Shown: positions 41,249 through 54,539, counted from the stretch's first letter. The stretch: DNA of 64,000 nucleotides from Asterias rubens (GCF_902459465.1 NC_047063.1:13640001-13704000); one strand, 5' to 3'. Made by a program: numbers and translations. The notes: generated by a model not told the origin, from the letters alone.

Positions 41249-41336
41249 AGGTATTGGACACCATTGGTAATTACTCAAAATAATTTAGTTCAAATTTTCA
41301 CAGGTTTGTTAATTTACCAATAGTGTCCAGTGTTTT
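41249..41336 (+). mobile_element. Internally deleted family A MITE (~90 bp)
   Basis: Keeps ggacaccattggtaattactc, caaattttcacaggtttgtt and ttaccaatagtgtccagtg; shares TTAA 41245-41248 with the family C element on its left. Confidence 0.7.
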
Positions 41337-42060
41337 TAGTAACTTTTCTGCTGAGACAGCATTTTGAAATGAGTCCCTCAACAACTTGGTCCCGTTGATA
41401 AAAAGGATATCTGCTGCTTAAAAGAGTTCAGAAAGAAAAGACATATGGACACATTGACAGACCTTTGTATCACCCACAAACATTCATAACGTTCTGCCCT
41501 AAAAGGGTGACCAGAAGGAAACAGATATCACGTCAAACAGACATCTGAACCACGACCAAAACATCCTCTTGCGGCACTATTAATATTCTCTTACCAGACC
41601 CCAGCATCAATTACCGGTCTCTTGATATCGCCAACACGCATGTTTGCAACAACAAATCTCACCTTCGAGAAATGATCACCACAAATTGAATTGTTGTGAT
41701 AGTTCAACTTACTTAGACTAATGTTGGCGCAACAGTGTAACTGAGTATATAGCAACAGCTGCATGCCCTCATAGAATGATGGAGATTGCCTTTCTCGAAG
41801 GCAACATTTTAGTGCGTAGAGAAAGAGGAAAGGGTTGGCTTATTAAATCAATGAAACCTGCTGACAAACGAGAATATAATACAAGTAATACAGTAAAGAA
41901 AAATATACTTTATTTTCGTTACCTTTATAGTGCGACTCTAAGTGAAGATGGTCTTCACAAACCTTTCATTTGTTATCTGCATACTGCAGCATTTAACAGC
42001 AGTCGGCAATCTGTAAAATCCCGGTCAGATTTTACCCGGGATTACTGGTCACACTTGGGC

Positions 42061-42276
42061 TAGACTTGGCTCAAGTCCCAATTCCGTGCCATCCCCATGA
42101 AACTACTGTTTTGTTATGCTCTGCATTCCCATACCTGCATGTTCCGCATTCTCGGGACCACATTTTGACGGCGAGCGCACACTGTAGGCCTACTGTATGC
42201 TACGGGTTGTTTCACAGTAAGTTGGGGTGGTAGCTTAGGGACCCCTCGCACGAGAATGGGACTTGAATCAAGTCTA
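42061..42276. mobile_element. MITE with TAG..CTA termini
   Basis: tagacttggctcaagtcccaattccgtgc pairs with gcacgagaatgggacttgaatcaagtcta; no clear TSD. Confidence 0.55.
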
Positions 42277-44244
42277 CAATTGGGCCTGACCCAGTCTGAC
42301 CCGGACTTGTGCCAAAATGATCCGCACCTATGTCAAAGCTACGCCGAGTCTGGATCAAAATCCATTTTGGAATTACCAGATTCCGGGTCAGCCTATAATT
42401 CTCCCTGATGATCGGTTGCCAAAGAGTCAGGGTCTGGAAATTCTTTAAGCAAGAGAATTATAACCTCTTTAAAAAAGCTTCATCTAATTCATCAATGTTA
42501 ACATTTGTACAAATTAATTTAGCAAAATATCCTTCTTGTGCCAATTGCTACATTTCTAGTTAAGTGTTCTCCCTCAAACGAATTCTTATCATGCGCTATG
42601 TGTGCACACTCGTAGCAATCCTAATAAAGTTGTGATTTCTGCGAGGTAGACCACTGGGCCCGGGTTCCGTTTGATAAACAGCTATTACACGCAGGTTGCA
42701 CGAACCTATTCCTTTCTTAATAAAATAAAAAAAATAAGAAAAGGTGAGAATAATTTCACGCTCACCTGTGGGGGATTTTACAGGAGGAGATTAGTCGACT
42801 TAAACCTTCAATCCATTATTTTGATTGAAACCCCACCAGGAAAAATCAAAGAATTCAACATTCCAGACCGCCTCCGGGGACACCTGACCCACTTAGTGCA
42901 TAAAAAAAAGAGAGAGATAGAGAGAGAAACACACACATATGATCCCTCCAAACTCTTCAAAGTGTTCTTGCCTGCATTCCGGAACGGGATTTTTTTTTAT
43001 GAAGAGCGGGTATGGCACCACTGCCCCCAAGGCCTGGAAATGACACGATCAGGCCCGGTGAGATCAGAGGACGGTGAGGCACGCTCCGGAGTTACTCAAC
43101 ACGATGGCATACTCTACGGGGGCATGGCTTAGGCCCAGACAGGTGATGATTGGTAGTGTGGTTATTAGTTAAAATGAGGCTGTCGGACTATCCTTACTTT
43201 CATGTCGCAGTGCCCGATAAAAACTGTTAGAAATAATACTCTTTGGTTACTGGGAGTCCACGAGCATAGTTGACATAGTGAGGAATGGATAAGGACTATG
43301 TTTTCAAATGTTGACGTTGGAATTATGTACTTATATAAATTTAACGGAGAATCAGGAGTTGTATTTTTCGAAGAGAACATGTAAAAAAATAAGTATAAAT
43401 CTTAAAAGCTTATTGATTATATACTTATTTCTAATACATGGACATTGCTGTAGTTTTTATATATTAAATGCAAAATCGTTTGGACCCCCCCCCCAATCCC
43501 ACCCTATACTATTCAAAGAATGCTCCTTGATCTTGGACGATGCAGTTGTTGATGGAAGGGTATCCGTATTGTCCCCGTGGCCCACTACACAAAGTATCCA
43601 TTGGTGTTCAGTTTCATTCGTGTGTAGCAAGTAATTTTCTAAAGCATTAATATGGTGCTGAATAATGTAGATGCTAAATAATGTGCCATTGGTAATGATA
43701 ACTAGGAATATAAAACTAGAGTAATTTACATATAATTACAAGAAATATATTGAGTATGGTAGATGACCTTAGCTTTCGATCCAAACCGGACCTTCTTCAG
43801 AGGCATCATAATTATAACAAATACAGTATAAATTTTACTCTAGATTGATCCTAACTAAAACGTTTTCTATAACATTGATATGGTGCTGAATAACGTATAG
43901 GTATACATGTTTTTTTTATATATTGAAGAACGCAGATTGGATAATTGTATGCACCGATCGTTGTTGTTTACCAGCATATCTCAGCGACACAAGAGGGCTA
44001 TGGGGAGCAAACTTAATCATACAGGGGTTGACCTATCATATTGTACAGCATAACATAATTCAATCTCAGTGTACAACCAAATCCGTCCGTAAGGTATCAC
44101 CAAATACTTTATTTTGCAAACGAAGAAAGCAAACTGTTATTATTGAAATCGGATACCCAACGTGGCTGACTGATGACGTCACGCCTGGTTTCAATTGGTG
44201 TCATACTTTGGTATAAGTAGTTGATCCGTGCCTATATTATACAC

Positions 44245-44750
44245 ATAATGAATGTTTATGAGTGCAATGGTGCGAATATGTTCATGAGTTGAAAGATGGA
44301 ATGTTCTATTCAACGAGGCGGAGCCGAGTTGAATGGAACATTCCAGCTTTCAACGAATGAACATATTATTCGCACCATTGCACGAATGAAAAACATTCAT
44401 TATTTGTTTTATATAACATCCAAGTAGAACTTTGTAATTTTGATTGAAAGATACAACTTTCTAAACAAACAATTTCAACTGTAGAAGCCGAATGCTAGTA
44501 ATATTTTACTATGCCTTCTTGCAGAACACCTGCTGCGTTACCAAAGACACGCGCACGCAGTGATGTTTTTACTCAGCTTTTTCGTTCCATCCGAAAAGTA
44601 CCATTGCACGCTGGCAGCGTGCAATGGTACTTTTCGGATGGAACGAAAAAGCACGGTGAGTGACTCAGCGTGCAATGGTACTTTTATTTGCTATCACGTG
44701 ACGGACAATCCTCCAATCAAATGGCAAGGATCTGCTTGGGTGTTATATAA
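44245..44750. mobile_element. Double-hairpin element, Crypton-like non-autonomous type
   Basis: Hairpin 44245-44403 around cgaggcggagccgag; unit 44409-44750 bounded by ttatataacatccaagtaga / tctgcttgggtgttatataa and containing a perfect palindrome. The Crypton label is inference. Confidence 0.55.
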
Positions 44751-45462
44751 AAGACATTATGTTGAATGGGGTTCCATCTGGAACTATCTCCCTCCCTTAA
44801 AACCCCTTAAAGCGACTGAGCAAGAAGGGAATATTATTTATGACTTAGATACGAATCAGGTTACAAGTTGGCCAGAATCTGTGGTCTCTCGCTTCCTGGA
44901 ACATTTCAATACCCAGGCGAAATTAAAACCCACGGTGTCTTGTTCTTCGATGGATAGGGAATAGTACACTGATAAATGTTTCCAGTCAATATAAACAAGG
45001 ACACAAAGCCGCTGTGTCTTGTATGAAGTGCTTCTTTTCTCTTCTTTTTATACTTTTTTGTCTTCTTTTTCTTGGTGTATTTTCTGAGCTATCGATTTCC
45101 CACACTGATAGACGAAATAACCAGAGGGTCCAGCATCGGGCGGGAAAGTCCGGGAAACGTTTTGCCCCGAGAAGATAATTCCGACTTAACGACCACGGGG
45201 GCCGGGGTGCCGTAGCGTCATTCCCCGAGCCCAGGGAGTACGAATGAGTTACCCTTACCGCTACAGACAGCACACTAATTGGGAAGATTACGCCTGGAGC
45301 GGGAGAGACAAATGAAATCCAGCGGGGACGTTTCTGGCTCTAACTAAAACAAAAACTCAAAAGCAAACTTGAAAGAACAAAAAAAAACGGTATGGAAAAA
45401 AACCCTGCGTAAAACGCAAACTCAGTTATCAGGGCTGAGGGGAGAAACAACAAACGGAGACG

Positions 45463-45605
45463 TAGACTGTGTCCCAGTTGGCGGCTACAACTACGGCTAC
45501 GGCTAGATTTCTGCGACATTATGTGCTGAAGCAGGAGAAGTCCTTAGAAACACCCTTAGCAACAGCTGTAGCCGTAGATGTAGCCACCGTTTCGGAAACA
45601 GTCTA
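45463..45605. mobile_element. Short MITE with ggctac repeats
   Basis: tagactgtgtcccagttggcggctacaactacggctac pairs with gtagccgtagatgtagccaccgtttcggaaacagtcta. Confidence 0.6.
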
Positions 45606-46206
45606 AGATTGAATGACAAAAATGACACTGGACGACTTTCTGAATTGAAATGTCCACTTGGGATGAGCCTATTGAGCCGGTCTCAAAATGTTTAGTGTTT
45701 CAACTAACCTTCGAGAATGAATTATCGGAAAAAGCTTTACATTTAACTGGTGTTGAAAGTCATACTCCTCTCGTGTGTGTTTGTGTGTGCGAAGTCGTGC
45801 AAATCATCCTTATTAAAAAAAAATAATCTTAAGCATTCCATGGGGAAGGCGCTAAAGACAAATAATCAGCATCGACATGTGAAATTGCCCCCGTTTGAAT
45901 TGATTGCCGTGCCACCGTGTGATTAAATTAAAAGCCTTTAAGGAAATCGCCTGACCGTCTCGAAGTCGTCTGCCGGCACCGTCAACGGATCATCTTCACC
46001 CATGCACAGACGATGAAGTCACGTCACCAATCCAACCCCCCCCCCCCCCACACTCCTCCCGCCTTGTTTTATTCTATCACTCACGGTTGGTCGTTAAGTG
46101 AGGTGGGGGGTATAACCGGGTCTGCGACCCCAATTCTGACCTTTTTCAGTAAACCGTTATCGGCTATATTAGCCAGAGTTGGAATGTATTTTTTGTAAGG
46201 CCCATT

Positions 46207-46397
46207 ACTGTTTGGACCAGCAGGGCCCTTGTTCACAGACTGAAGCAAGGGTCGTGGGCTTGAATCCCACCCATGTAATATCCCTGTGTGGATTATGTTT
46301 ACAGTAGTCGGGAAAGTACCGAGTATACAGTGCTAACACACATTGGTGTAAAAAAACAAATAGTATTCTTTATCTCGATGCAAATTTAACATGTATT
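46207..46397 (+). mobile_element. Second SINE family copy
   Basis: gggtcgtgggcttgaatcccaccc followed by gagtatacagtgctaacacacattggtgt..gatgcaaatttaacat, as at 32084-32172. Confidence 0.65.
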
Positions 46398-47907
46398 ATC
46401 ACAACAAAATGGCTAAGCACAACAAAGTTATGCTAACCAGAGTATGGTTACCAACTAAACTACCATGTCACAAACCACCTTTTTACTGGTATCCTGCTCG
46501 TTTCTGCTTAGCATACAATTATTGTAGAGCAATAATGTCTGCTTAAGCAGCTCTATGAAACTGTGCCTAGGTTTAAAACTTTATACATGAAGTTACAAGT
46601 GTGGTACATTACACAATCCTTGCTATATATCAGAAGTAAGGGTGTCAGAATGGAATTTCTGAGATGTTGTTGCAAGGCCAAGGGCTCAGAATTTTAGAGC
46701 AGTTTAGTGTAAAGGTCTTAGGGTTAAAGAACCGACGGGGTAGGGTGCTGATGGGTAGTATTTATCACACTGTCAGTGTTGTGGTAGTATGGTTCTGTGT
46801 TGAGAGTTGCGATCGCAGCGTGTGTTTGGCAAGAAAATGTATGTCGAAAAAAAAATATTGTGTAGTTTCAGCCCCTAGTATAAATGAGCCAAAGTGAACT
46901 GTTACAAACATGCTGTATACTAGCTAGTCATGGAGACTTGAAGGCAGACGCTTAAAGATTGTAAGACAACATTTGCGTGAATAAATGCTTAATGTTCTGG
47001 AAAAGGAATTGCAGTTTCTGGATCGTAGAGTCAGTGTTCTTGGCACTAGCCTTGCAGTTTGGAGATCGTGTTTTGGGCAGACAGCCTCTCAGTGCTAATC
47101 TGTTCAAGTTTATGGTCTTGTTTTGAGTACAAAAATCATTTACTTTTTAAAGAAAATCGCTAGTGACACCATGTCAGAAAGTTACACACATTATTCCGAA
47201 CTAGTAACTTAATAATAAAGTGGACCCGAATGGTACACAGCTACAGCGTAACCAAAGACATTGCCCGGCTGGCTTTTCAATTATGAACTTACTCTCTGCA
47301 AAAACCTATCCATGGATTTTTGTCAAGAAGAGAAACTAAAAAAGATAAGAAAGGAAAGACGAAGCAGAAAGAGGAGGACACACTTTCATGTTAGGAAGCC
47401 AATTATTACTCGGGAGAAAAACAAAATATCGCCCCGGGCTTGCACTATCGATTGGGCCTCGTACAGCTACATGTCACCCGTGCCCTGCGCTCTGCGGACG
47501 GTATAGATCCCCTCCGACTACTCGGCCGCAATTGGGAATCTTCGGCGTGAAACATTCGGAAGGCGAGCACAGCCGGAATAATTTCAGCACTCATGGAATG
47601 ACAACATATTTCGATTACTGATGGTGTATTTTTTGGGGGGTGGGTGGGTGGGGGAAGCTCTAATTGAAAACTTTCTGATCGTGATGACGAATGTTGTGCC
47701 CTTGAACAAATACAAGAAGTAATTTAAGTGCAAATGACAAGCGAGATTGCCAACCGTGGGGGTTGCCCTCGTAGCAGTAGTGGTCTGAACATGGTCCTAG
47801 TTAGGGAATCTGTTGGACCCTGGTTGAACCCAGAGAGCTAGGAACAAACTCCACATGAAATCGAGCAATCGAATACTAAAGGACCAAACTATTATGAAGG
47901 ATCCGAT

Positions 47908-48305
47908 TATTTAACACCGAAGGACCAGATTATTTAACACTGAAAGACCAGACTATTTAACACTTAAGGACCCTGCTATTTAACACTGAAGGACCAGACT
48001 ATTTAACACTTAAGGACCCTGCTATTTAACACTGAAGGACCAGACTATTTAACACTTAAGGACCCTGCTATTTAACACTGAAGGACCAGACTATTTAACA
48101 CTTAAGGGCCCTGCTATTTAACACTGAAGGACCAGACTATTTAACACTTAAGGACCCTGCTATTTAACACTGAAGGACCAGACTATTTAATACTTAAGGA
48201 CCCTGCTATTTAACACTGAAGGACCAGACTATTTAACACTTAAGGACCCTGCTATTTAACACTGAATGACAGACTAACCACTATTTAACACTGACGGACC
48301 AGACT
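47908..48305. repeat. Dimeric minisatellite, 46-bp period (23+23)
   Basis: Alternating tatttaacactgaaggaccagac and tatttaacacttaaggaccctgc, about 17 monomers. Confidence 0.95.
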
Positions 48306-48379
48306 ATTATTAATCCAGACCTCAGTTTGGTTTCTATTTCTACCTCAATGGTTATACTGAGTTCAAATGAAAGTTCTCG

Positions 48380-48542
48380 GAATAAAATTCGTGGAAAATT
48401 ACTTCTTTCTCGGAAACTATGGCGCTTCAGAGGGAGCCGATAACACAATGTTTTATACCATTAACTTCTCCCCATTACTCGTAATCAAGTAAGGTTTTTT
48501 ATGCTAATAAATATTTTGAGTAATTACCAATAGCCACTGCCT
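48380..48542 (-). mobile_element. Family A MITE fragment
   Basis: ttcgtggaaaattacttctttctc ... aattaccaatagccactgcct|ttaa. Confidence 0.75.
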
Positions 48543-48729
48543 TTAACAGGCGATCATCTCTATCCGAGACAGTGAAGATAAAGTCATCCAGACCTACTAA
48601 GCTGAAGAAGAAGTCAATGTTTTCTCTGTAGAAGATACACAGCAAGACAAGTTCTTATCAGTTCTTTTTTCCAGACGGTTTCCCCAAATCTACCTAATGA
48701 TAGTAGTGCAGGACAGAAACTTATCTTAA

Positions 48730-49094
48730 AGGGTGTTCGTGCCTTTCGGATATCATGTTTTGGGGTCATGACATGAATTCCGACTCACTGTAAATGAAGT
48801 TGTGTGTAGTATAATTTATTTGAAGTTCCGCTTCAATAGTCGTGAGGAAGTGAAAATCTCATGGCAATGTAGTCAGGAGAGTCGCGGTAATCCGTTGTAC
48901 ACGCCAAAATATTGTTTGTCTCACAAAGAAGAAAATTAATTTTTTAGAAATTGTTTTACTTATTTCTAACGGCCCTTAACCAAGTACTTTTTTTTTCCAT
49001 GAAGCTTTCTACCGTTATTATCTTTAAACCGTGTACGTTTTATGTAAATCTATGGACTTTGTATTTTGTTTAGTACAAAAAGTACCCAGACCCT
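48730..49094 (+). mobile_element. TTAA-flanked MITE, family D
   Basis: TTAA|agggtg ... aaaagtacccagaccct|TTAA. Confidence 0.7.
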
Positions 49095-50474
49095 TTAAGA
49101 ACAAACCTACACAGCAAGGAAACGGTTTTATTACATGGTGATACAGTGAAACACTGTCTTGTATATCGATACTAACCATGATATGCCTCAAATCACATAA
49201 CAAGATGGAACCTTTCATCCAATTGTCTTCAGTCAATTTTGAGTCGCTCTGAGATAAACAAGAGAATGCAAAAACCTTTTCATGATCACATCTTGAGGTG
49301 TGTTCGTGATACATCAGCTTTTGTTCTGGATGAACGTGTGGTGTATTGTTATATGGCAATCATCATTTAAGCTGGAAAAAGCAATCAAAATGCAATAAAC
49401 TCCATGTTTATTGATAGTTTCGTACCAAGCTCATCAGGCGGTCAAGGTTGCACAAACCTTTTACATGATACCTCCCTGTCTTTCATAACTCAAGACGATT
49501 TCAAAGGAACAATTTCTTAAATTGCTCAAAAGACGTTGTCAGGGTTACTACAGGTCATCGTCTTGTTTCTTGTTTATTGATGAAACCTGAGAAGGGGGAA
49601 AACAACCTCCATCCCTGCTGGGTTTTATCGTCGAGCCTACATTGACCAATGGGGTTAAACACTTAGCGCCGCCACTCACTGCACCCGTCAGCTATTGACT
49701 AAGTGTGAATTCACAATGTCTCTTTAGTTGTGCTTGTCGGGCCTTGTAAAGGAGGAACTCCATTTTCAACTCACATAAGGCTTCACAGCACACCCACCTC
49801 TACACATACCCGTAGTGATAGCATACGACTGGATGCGTTACCATGCAAACCGTTCTAGAGCACAGTGGCGCCAATGTGTTGAGCGCTAAGAGCAAATCAC
49901 AAGATATCATCACGTTATTTACACAAACTTCACCAGCCCGTTGTTGACCGCCTTTTCTTGTTGTTGTTCACGCGTGATGCCAGCAAGTCACCAAATGAGC
50001 AGCGGAACCGCCGAGACCCTAATACTTGAACGTCTGGTGATGGGTGAAATTCACTTTCGCTCAATATGCTTAGCATTGTATTAAGGACTTAGAGAGAGAG
50101 CGAGAGACTAAAATTGGGCGCGAAAGAAATAACACTTTTCTCAAAAGATGCGAAGACGCCGTGTGTGAAAAGAAAAGGGGGTTATTCTTGAGAGTTTTAA
50201 AACCACTTCGTCTGACAAAAGACAATGATTGAAACTGGCTAGACGGCGGTGGAGAGGACACAACAAAATCGTCTTTATAAATATGACTGTGGTTATCTTC
50301 TTATATAAGGAAAAGATAACAAGAGCATTATGACAAACCGACTCACTGGTCGAATTCACCTGACTCAGTTCTTGTGACAGGTTGGAATCCTGGCCTGGTC
50401 AGTCATGGTGTTAATGTTACGTTAACCATGTAACCTTACTTGGATTCTCTTCACCCAGGTGTATATTAAATGGG

Positions 50475-50636
50475 TTTCTCTGCTGGGCTGATGTGGTTTT
50501 GAGTTGGATCAACCATTCAGCTCTCAAACAGTTTCTCCGCTGGGCTGAGGTGGTTTTGAGTTGGATAGCTCTCAAACAGTTTCTCCGCTGGGCTGAGGTG
50601 GTTTTGGGTCGGAAAAACCATTCAGCTCTCAAACAG
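50475..50636. repeat. Tandem repeat x3 (57/48/57 bp)
   Basis: Unit tttctccgctgggctgaggtggttttg..agctctcaaacag. Confidence 0.9.
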
Positions 50637-51629
50637 GTTGTATGCTCCATATCAGTCGATAAAGAGCCAAGCCCCTCCTTACTGATCCATAAACCGTAAT
50701 CCAGATCCATAAAGTTATATTGCCTTTTATCTTTCCAAACCTTTAATGTTAGCAAACCGAAGCCCGGACAAAACCACCCGCCCTCTCGATACATCTGTTT
50801 TGGAGAGAAAAGGAAAGTGCCGTGGTTGACACCTGCTGCCGCACATTGCTGCCCCCTCCCCACTGGTTTAACTTCAGGATACACCTAAGAGGAGTTTTTG
50901 ATAGCAACACAAGAGTTCAGACCTTCCCGATCATTTCATTGAACCATTGCTTACACAATTCGGATGAAACAATCTACCTCTGCCTTTGGGCGACAAAAAG
51001 CTCAAATTTACGAACGTAGAAGCCAATTTGACGAAAAGACCGCTGCTTACTGCTGGAAGATCGTATGGCAAAGGAGTGGGAAAACGTGATTCGGTCACTG
51101 TAGGGTGGGAAAAACACCTATTTATGAGAGCTTCGTCTTCCCAACGGAGACACATGTTCTCCACACTTTTCAATACATCTGCAGAGTGGCTAAGTGTGAT
51201 CAAAATGTATGTTCTTTTTTTTTTAAGAACAAACTAAATTTAGTCGCAGAACTACGAGAGTCTACTACTATTGTCACCATTTTTCTCCTGATTGTTTTTT
51301 TTTTTCTTCCAAAAGTGCCTCAGAATGATATAAGGGTGGGTTACCAATTATTCAATATTCGAACGAAGGGTTCAATATTGGCTGCAATCAAAAGTGTGCA
51401 CCTGACACGCTTTGAGTAGAGCGCCCCCACTTGGGGTCAATAGGAGGTTGATCATTGGTCAAACATTCGCATAAGAAAAATATCTACTTACAGATCTCGT
51501 CATAGCCATTGTTAAACATGCTAGGTTCAAAACTGTATGGCTCTTAGTTTGTGCGCTTGCGATCATCATTCTCCTTCAAAGTCAAGCACCGGATTTCTTT
51601 GCTAGCTGTTTAAAGCGAATAATGCCGAG

Positions 51630-51770
51630 CGTGCGGCACCATAATGTAGCCCGAGCCCTAAATGTAGACCGGACCTAAATGTAGCCCCAAACATGTCCTA
51701 AATGTAGCCCGGACCTAAATGTAGCCCCAAACATGTACCTAAATGTAGCCCGGACTTATGGTGCCGCACA
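51630..51770. mobile_element. Same MITE family, 6-bp TSD (GCCGAG)
   Basis: TIR gtgcggcaccataa / ttatggtgccgcac; gccgag at 51624-51629 and 51771-51776; internal cctaaatgtagccc repeats. Confidence 0.85.
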
Positions 51771-53986
51771 GCCGAGTAAAGTAAGTAGGCCTACACACGT
51801 ACACCATTGAGGTATCTGCATGCGTACACCAAGCACATTGCCTGCTAACCTTTGAACTACATCTTACGTAGGCGACGACTCACTGCTTCCGATTCTTCGC
51901 TTTCGGTAATTAGAGCCATTAAATCGGTCCGTGATCTTAAACGCTATTGCCGAATTAGACAACGGCCGTAGCCCAACCCGAAGTAGTTTGAGTCGGATAC
52001 GGCATTACGCAAGGGAAGTTTGACTTCTCAAAATGGCGTATCTGAGGTATATCTCGAGTGATGACGTCAGTGTACAATACATCGGTCAATACATGCAATG
52101 TTTAGTCCGTCGGGTAAACCCTTCGGTGTAGACTTTGTCACAGACTGGGACGAGAACATTAGTCCCCCGTTGGCTCTTGTTGTTGTCTCTATAGTCTCTA
52201 GACACAATAAGGAAAACTTTGTTTAACTTTTGCCTCCCGTTCAATTCCAGAGTTAGTTCCCACACAAAGGAGTAGCTATGGGAGTGTTCTTCTCGCCAAG
52301 AGACTGGCCTTTGACGTTGGATGAGATTGAATTAAAGTCTACTTCTCACCCGCCATTACCTTAACAACGATCGATTAGACCGACTGATAGTCACGCTACA
52401 AGAAATCTGATCGCCTTATTAAGTGAATGAGGATTCAGCGTGGTGAAATCAGATATATATTCTTCTCAAGAAAATGAAAAATCGAAAATGCAAAAGAGAG
52501 AAAAAAAGAGGAAAATATTGTTCACAATGAGTGCATCACGTTGTCGTTTGGGCATTATTAACACGTGCACTTACGCACTCAAGGCCAGTATTGACTGTTA
52601 TATTATGAGGACTAACTTGCAAGGCTGGATAGGGGGAGAAGCTTCCATCGGTTTGGCCTCGACCGTCTTGACTAAAACATGAATCCAAACACAATGTACA
52701 CGATTCAACTCCCAATCGAATCCGATGTTGAGACGGATGTTTGCCAGACAAGGCTTTAACACGTCTTATAATTATCCTCTCTGTTTGTCTGGGAACTATT
52801 CTGTTATTCAGTGGCGAGATTGTGTGGATTGCCCGTCGATATGAAATAATAATGCATGAATTTGTGTTTTTCTGTTTATTTGTGTGGTTCTGGAGCGCTT
52901 TGGTACAGCTTTTTGTTAGAGTGTTATAATGCTTTATGCATTGTGTTACATCGTATCAGACAGTTAAACAAAAATGAGAACAGCCCCAAAAATAGTTCCC
53001 ATTGTTTTTATATCGCTGCTAACCATTTAGGAATTCCAAATTACAATGCGTTTTTCAAATAAATACTAAATCGATCTAGAGGCTATCTCCAGAAGCTATC
53101 TTACTTATGATTTATGGAGTAGATGCACAGGTTCTGAGAAGGTATGGTACAATACTACTTATTTCATTGTTAAATCATAACAGATTCGTCTGGTGAGCGA
53201 ATGTATATTCAGACAACATACCAGGGTCTCCGCAGACGAATTCCAGTCCAGCACAAAGTAAATATGCTTACAAGAAGAACATTACCAGCCAACATGCCAC
53301 TAAGACCCATTTATGACTGGTATCCCGCTCTTGTTTTGCTTAGCAGAAAATCTTAAACAATAGTTCCGGCTTAAGAAGCTCTATGAAATAGGGCCCAATG
53401 AGAAACGATAAGCAATAGCCTACACTGCGCCAATTGTCCTCGCATTACCTCGGGGGATTTTGTATACAGACTAACTATTTCATGACCCCACTACTGATGT
53501 ACTCTAACTTATTCAATTGCTGTCCAAACATAGACGACCAAAGCGTAAAATCTTAAATTGGTTTTTCAATAACACTTATTTCAATACTTGAAATAATATG
53601 ACGAGTTCCACTGAAATTTAATAAAATATATTTCAACTCTTTCCTATCAAATACAACTGTTCAAGGACTATCATAATATTGACAAACCAATTTCGACTAG
53701 AATCTTGAAGAAGAAGAAGAAGAAGAAGATTAGTACAAAATAGTAAAATTGCACTCATATTTTGATCAAATCTAATTAATTGTGTTATTTTTGTCTAAGT
53801 CCTCACGTGGGTCATTTGGTGGGCTCTAAGTTCTATACTTATCCCAAACAGTTAAAGGTTTTAAAAATTAACTTGTTTCGGTGATGTTATTATTGTCTAA
53901 GCTGTTATCTCTCCTTTTTTTCTTACCCCGTTTTTGTTGTTGTTGGTGAAGTTACTTACATTTTCCAGTTTTTGAAAATTGTTTTC

Positions 53987-54094
53987 TTTTTCACTTCTTT
54001 GTCATGGATATACTTTTTCACTTCTCTGCCATGGATATACTTGTTCACTTCTCTGCCATGGATATACTTTTTCACTTCTCTGTCATGGATATAC
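53987..54094. repeat. 27-bp tandem repeat x4
   Basis: Unit tttttcacttctctgccatggatatac. Confidence 0.9.
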
Positions 54095-54539
54095 ATACAA
54101 CCAACGATTATCGACGATCGATATTATTAATTAGATTACCAATATTGATGTCTGGACGTTATTAAATTATCCTAGTTGATTGCATTGGAAGGCTGCATCC
54201 TTATCGATTAGTAACTTAAACTTCCTTCGTCAGGATCAATTTCACTCTCTATCGATTCTTATTTTCAGTTGTTTCTGTTTAACACAGTTAATTGTATTAA
54301 GTCGTTTCTGATTCATGCATTCTGATCACAAACAATTCAAGCGTAGTAAACATAGCCCAATTTCATAAAGCCTGGAAGCATGCAAACTTGCTTAGAACAG
54401 AAAAGTGTTGCTTAATAAAAACTAGCGTCCAGCTAAAATTCTGTAAAATTGACATTGTTATGATAACTATTTTGAGTAATTAATTACCAACAGTGTCTTG
54501 TGCTTTTAATGAAAAGGGGTCATTCATAAACACCTGTCA

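Noticed and set aside
42671-43132. 153-aa ORF
   Set aside because: Crosses poly-A and (GA)n low-complexity tracts; no recognisable domain or consistent splice sites.
44560-44964. 134-aa ORF
   Set aside because: Its first half is the palindromic element; no recognisable homology.
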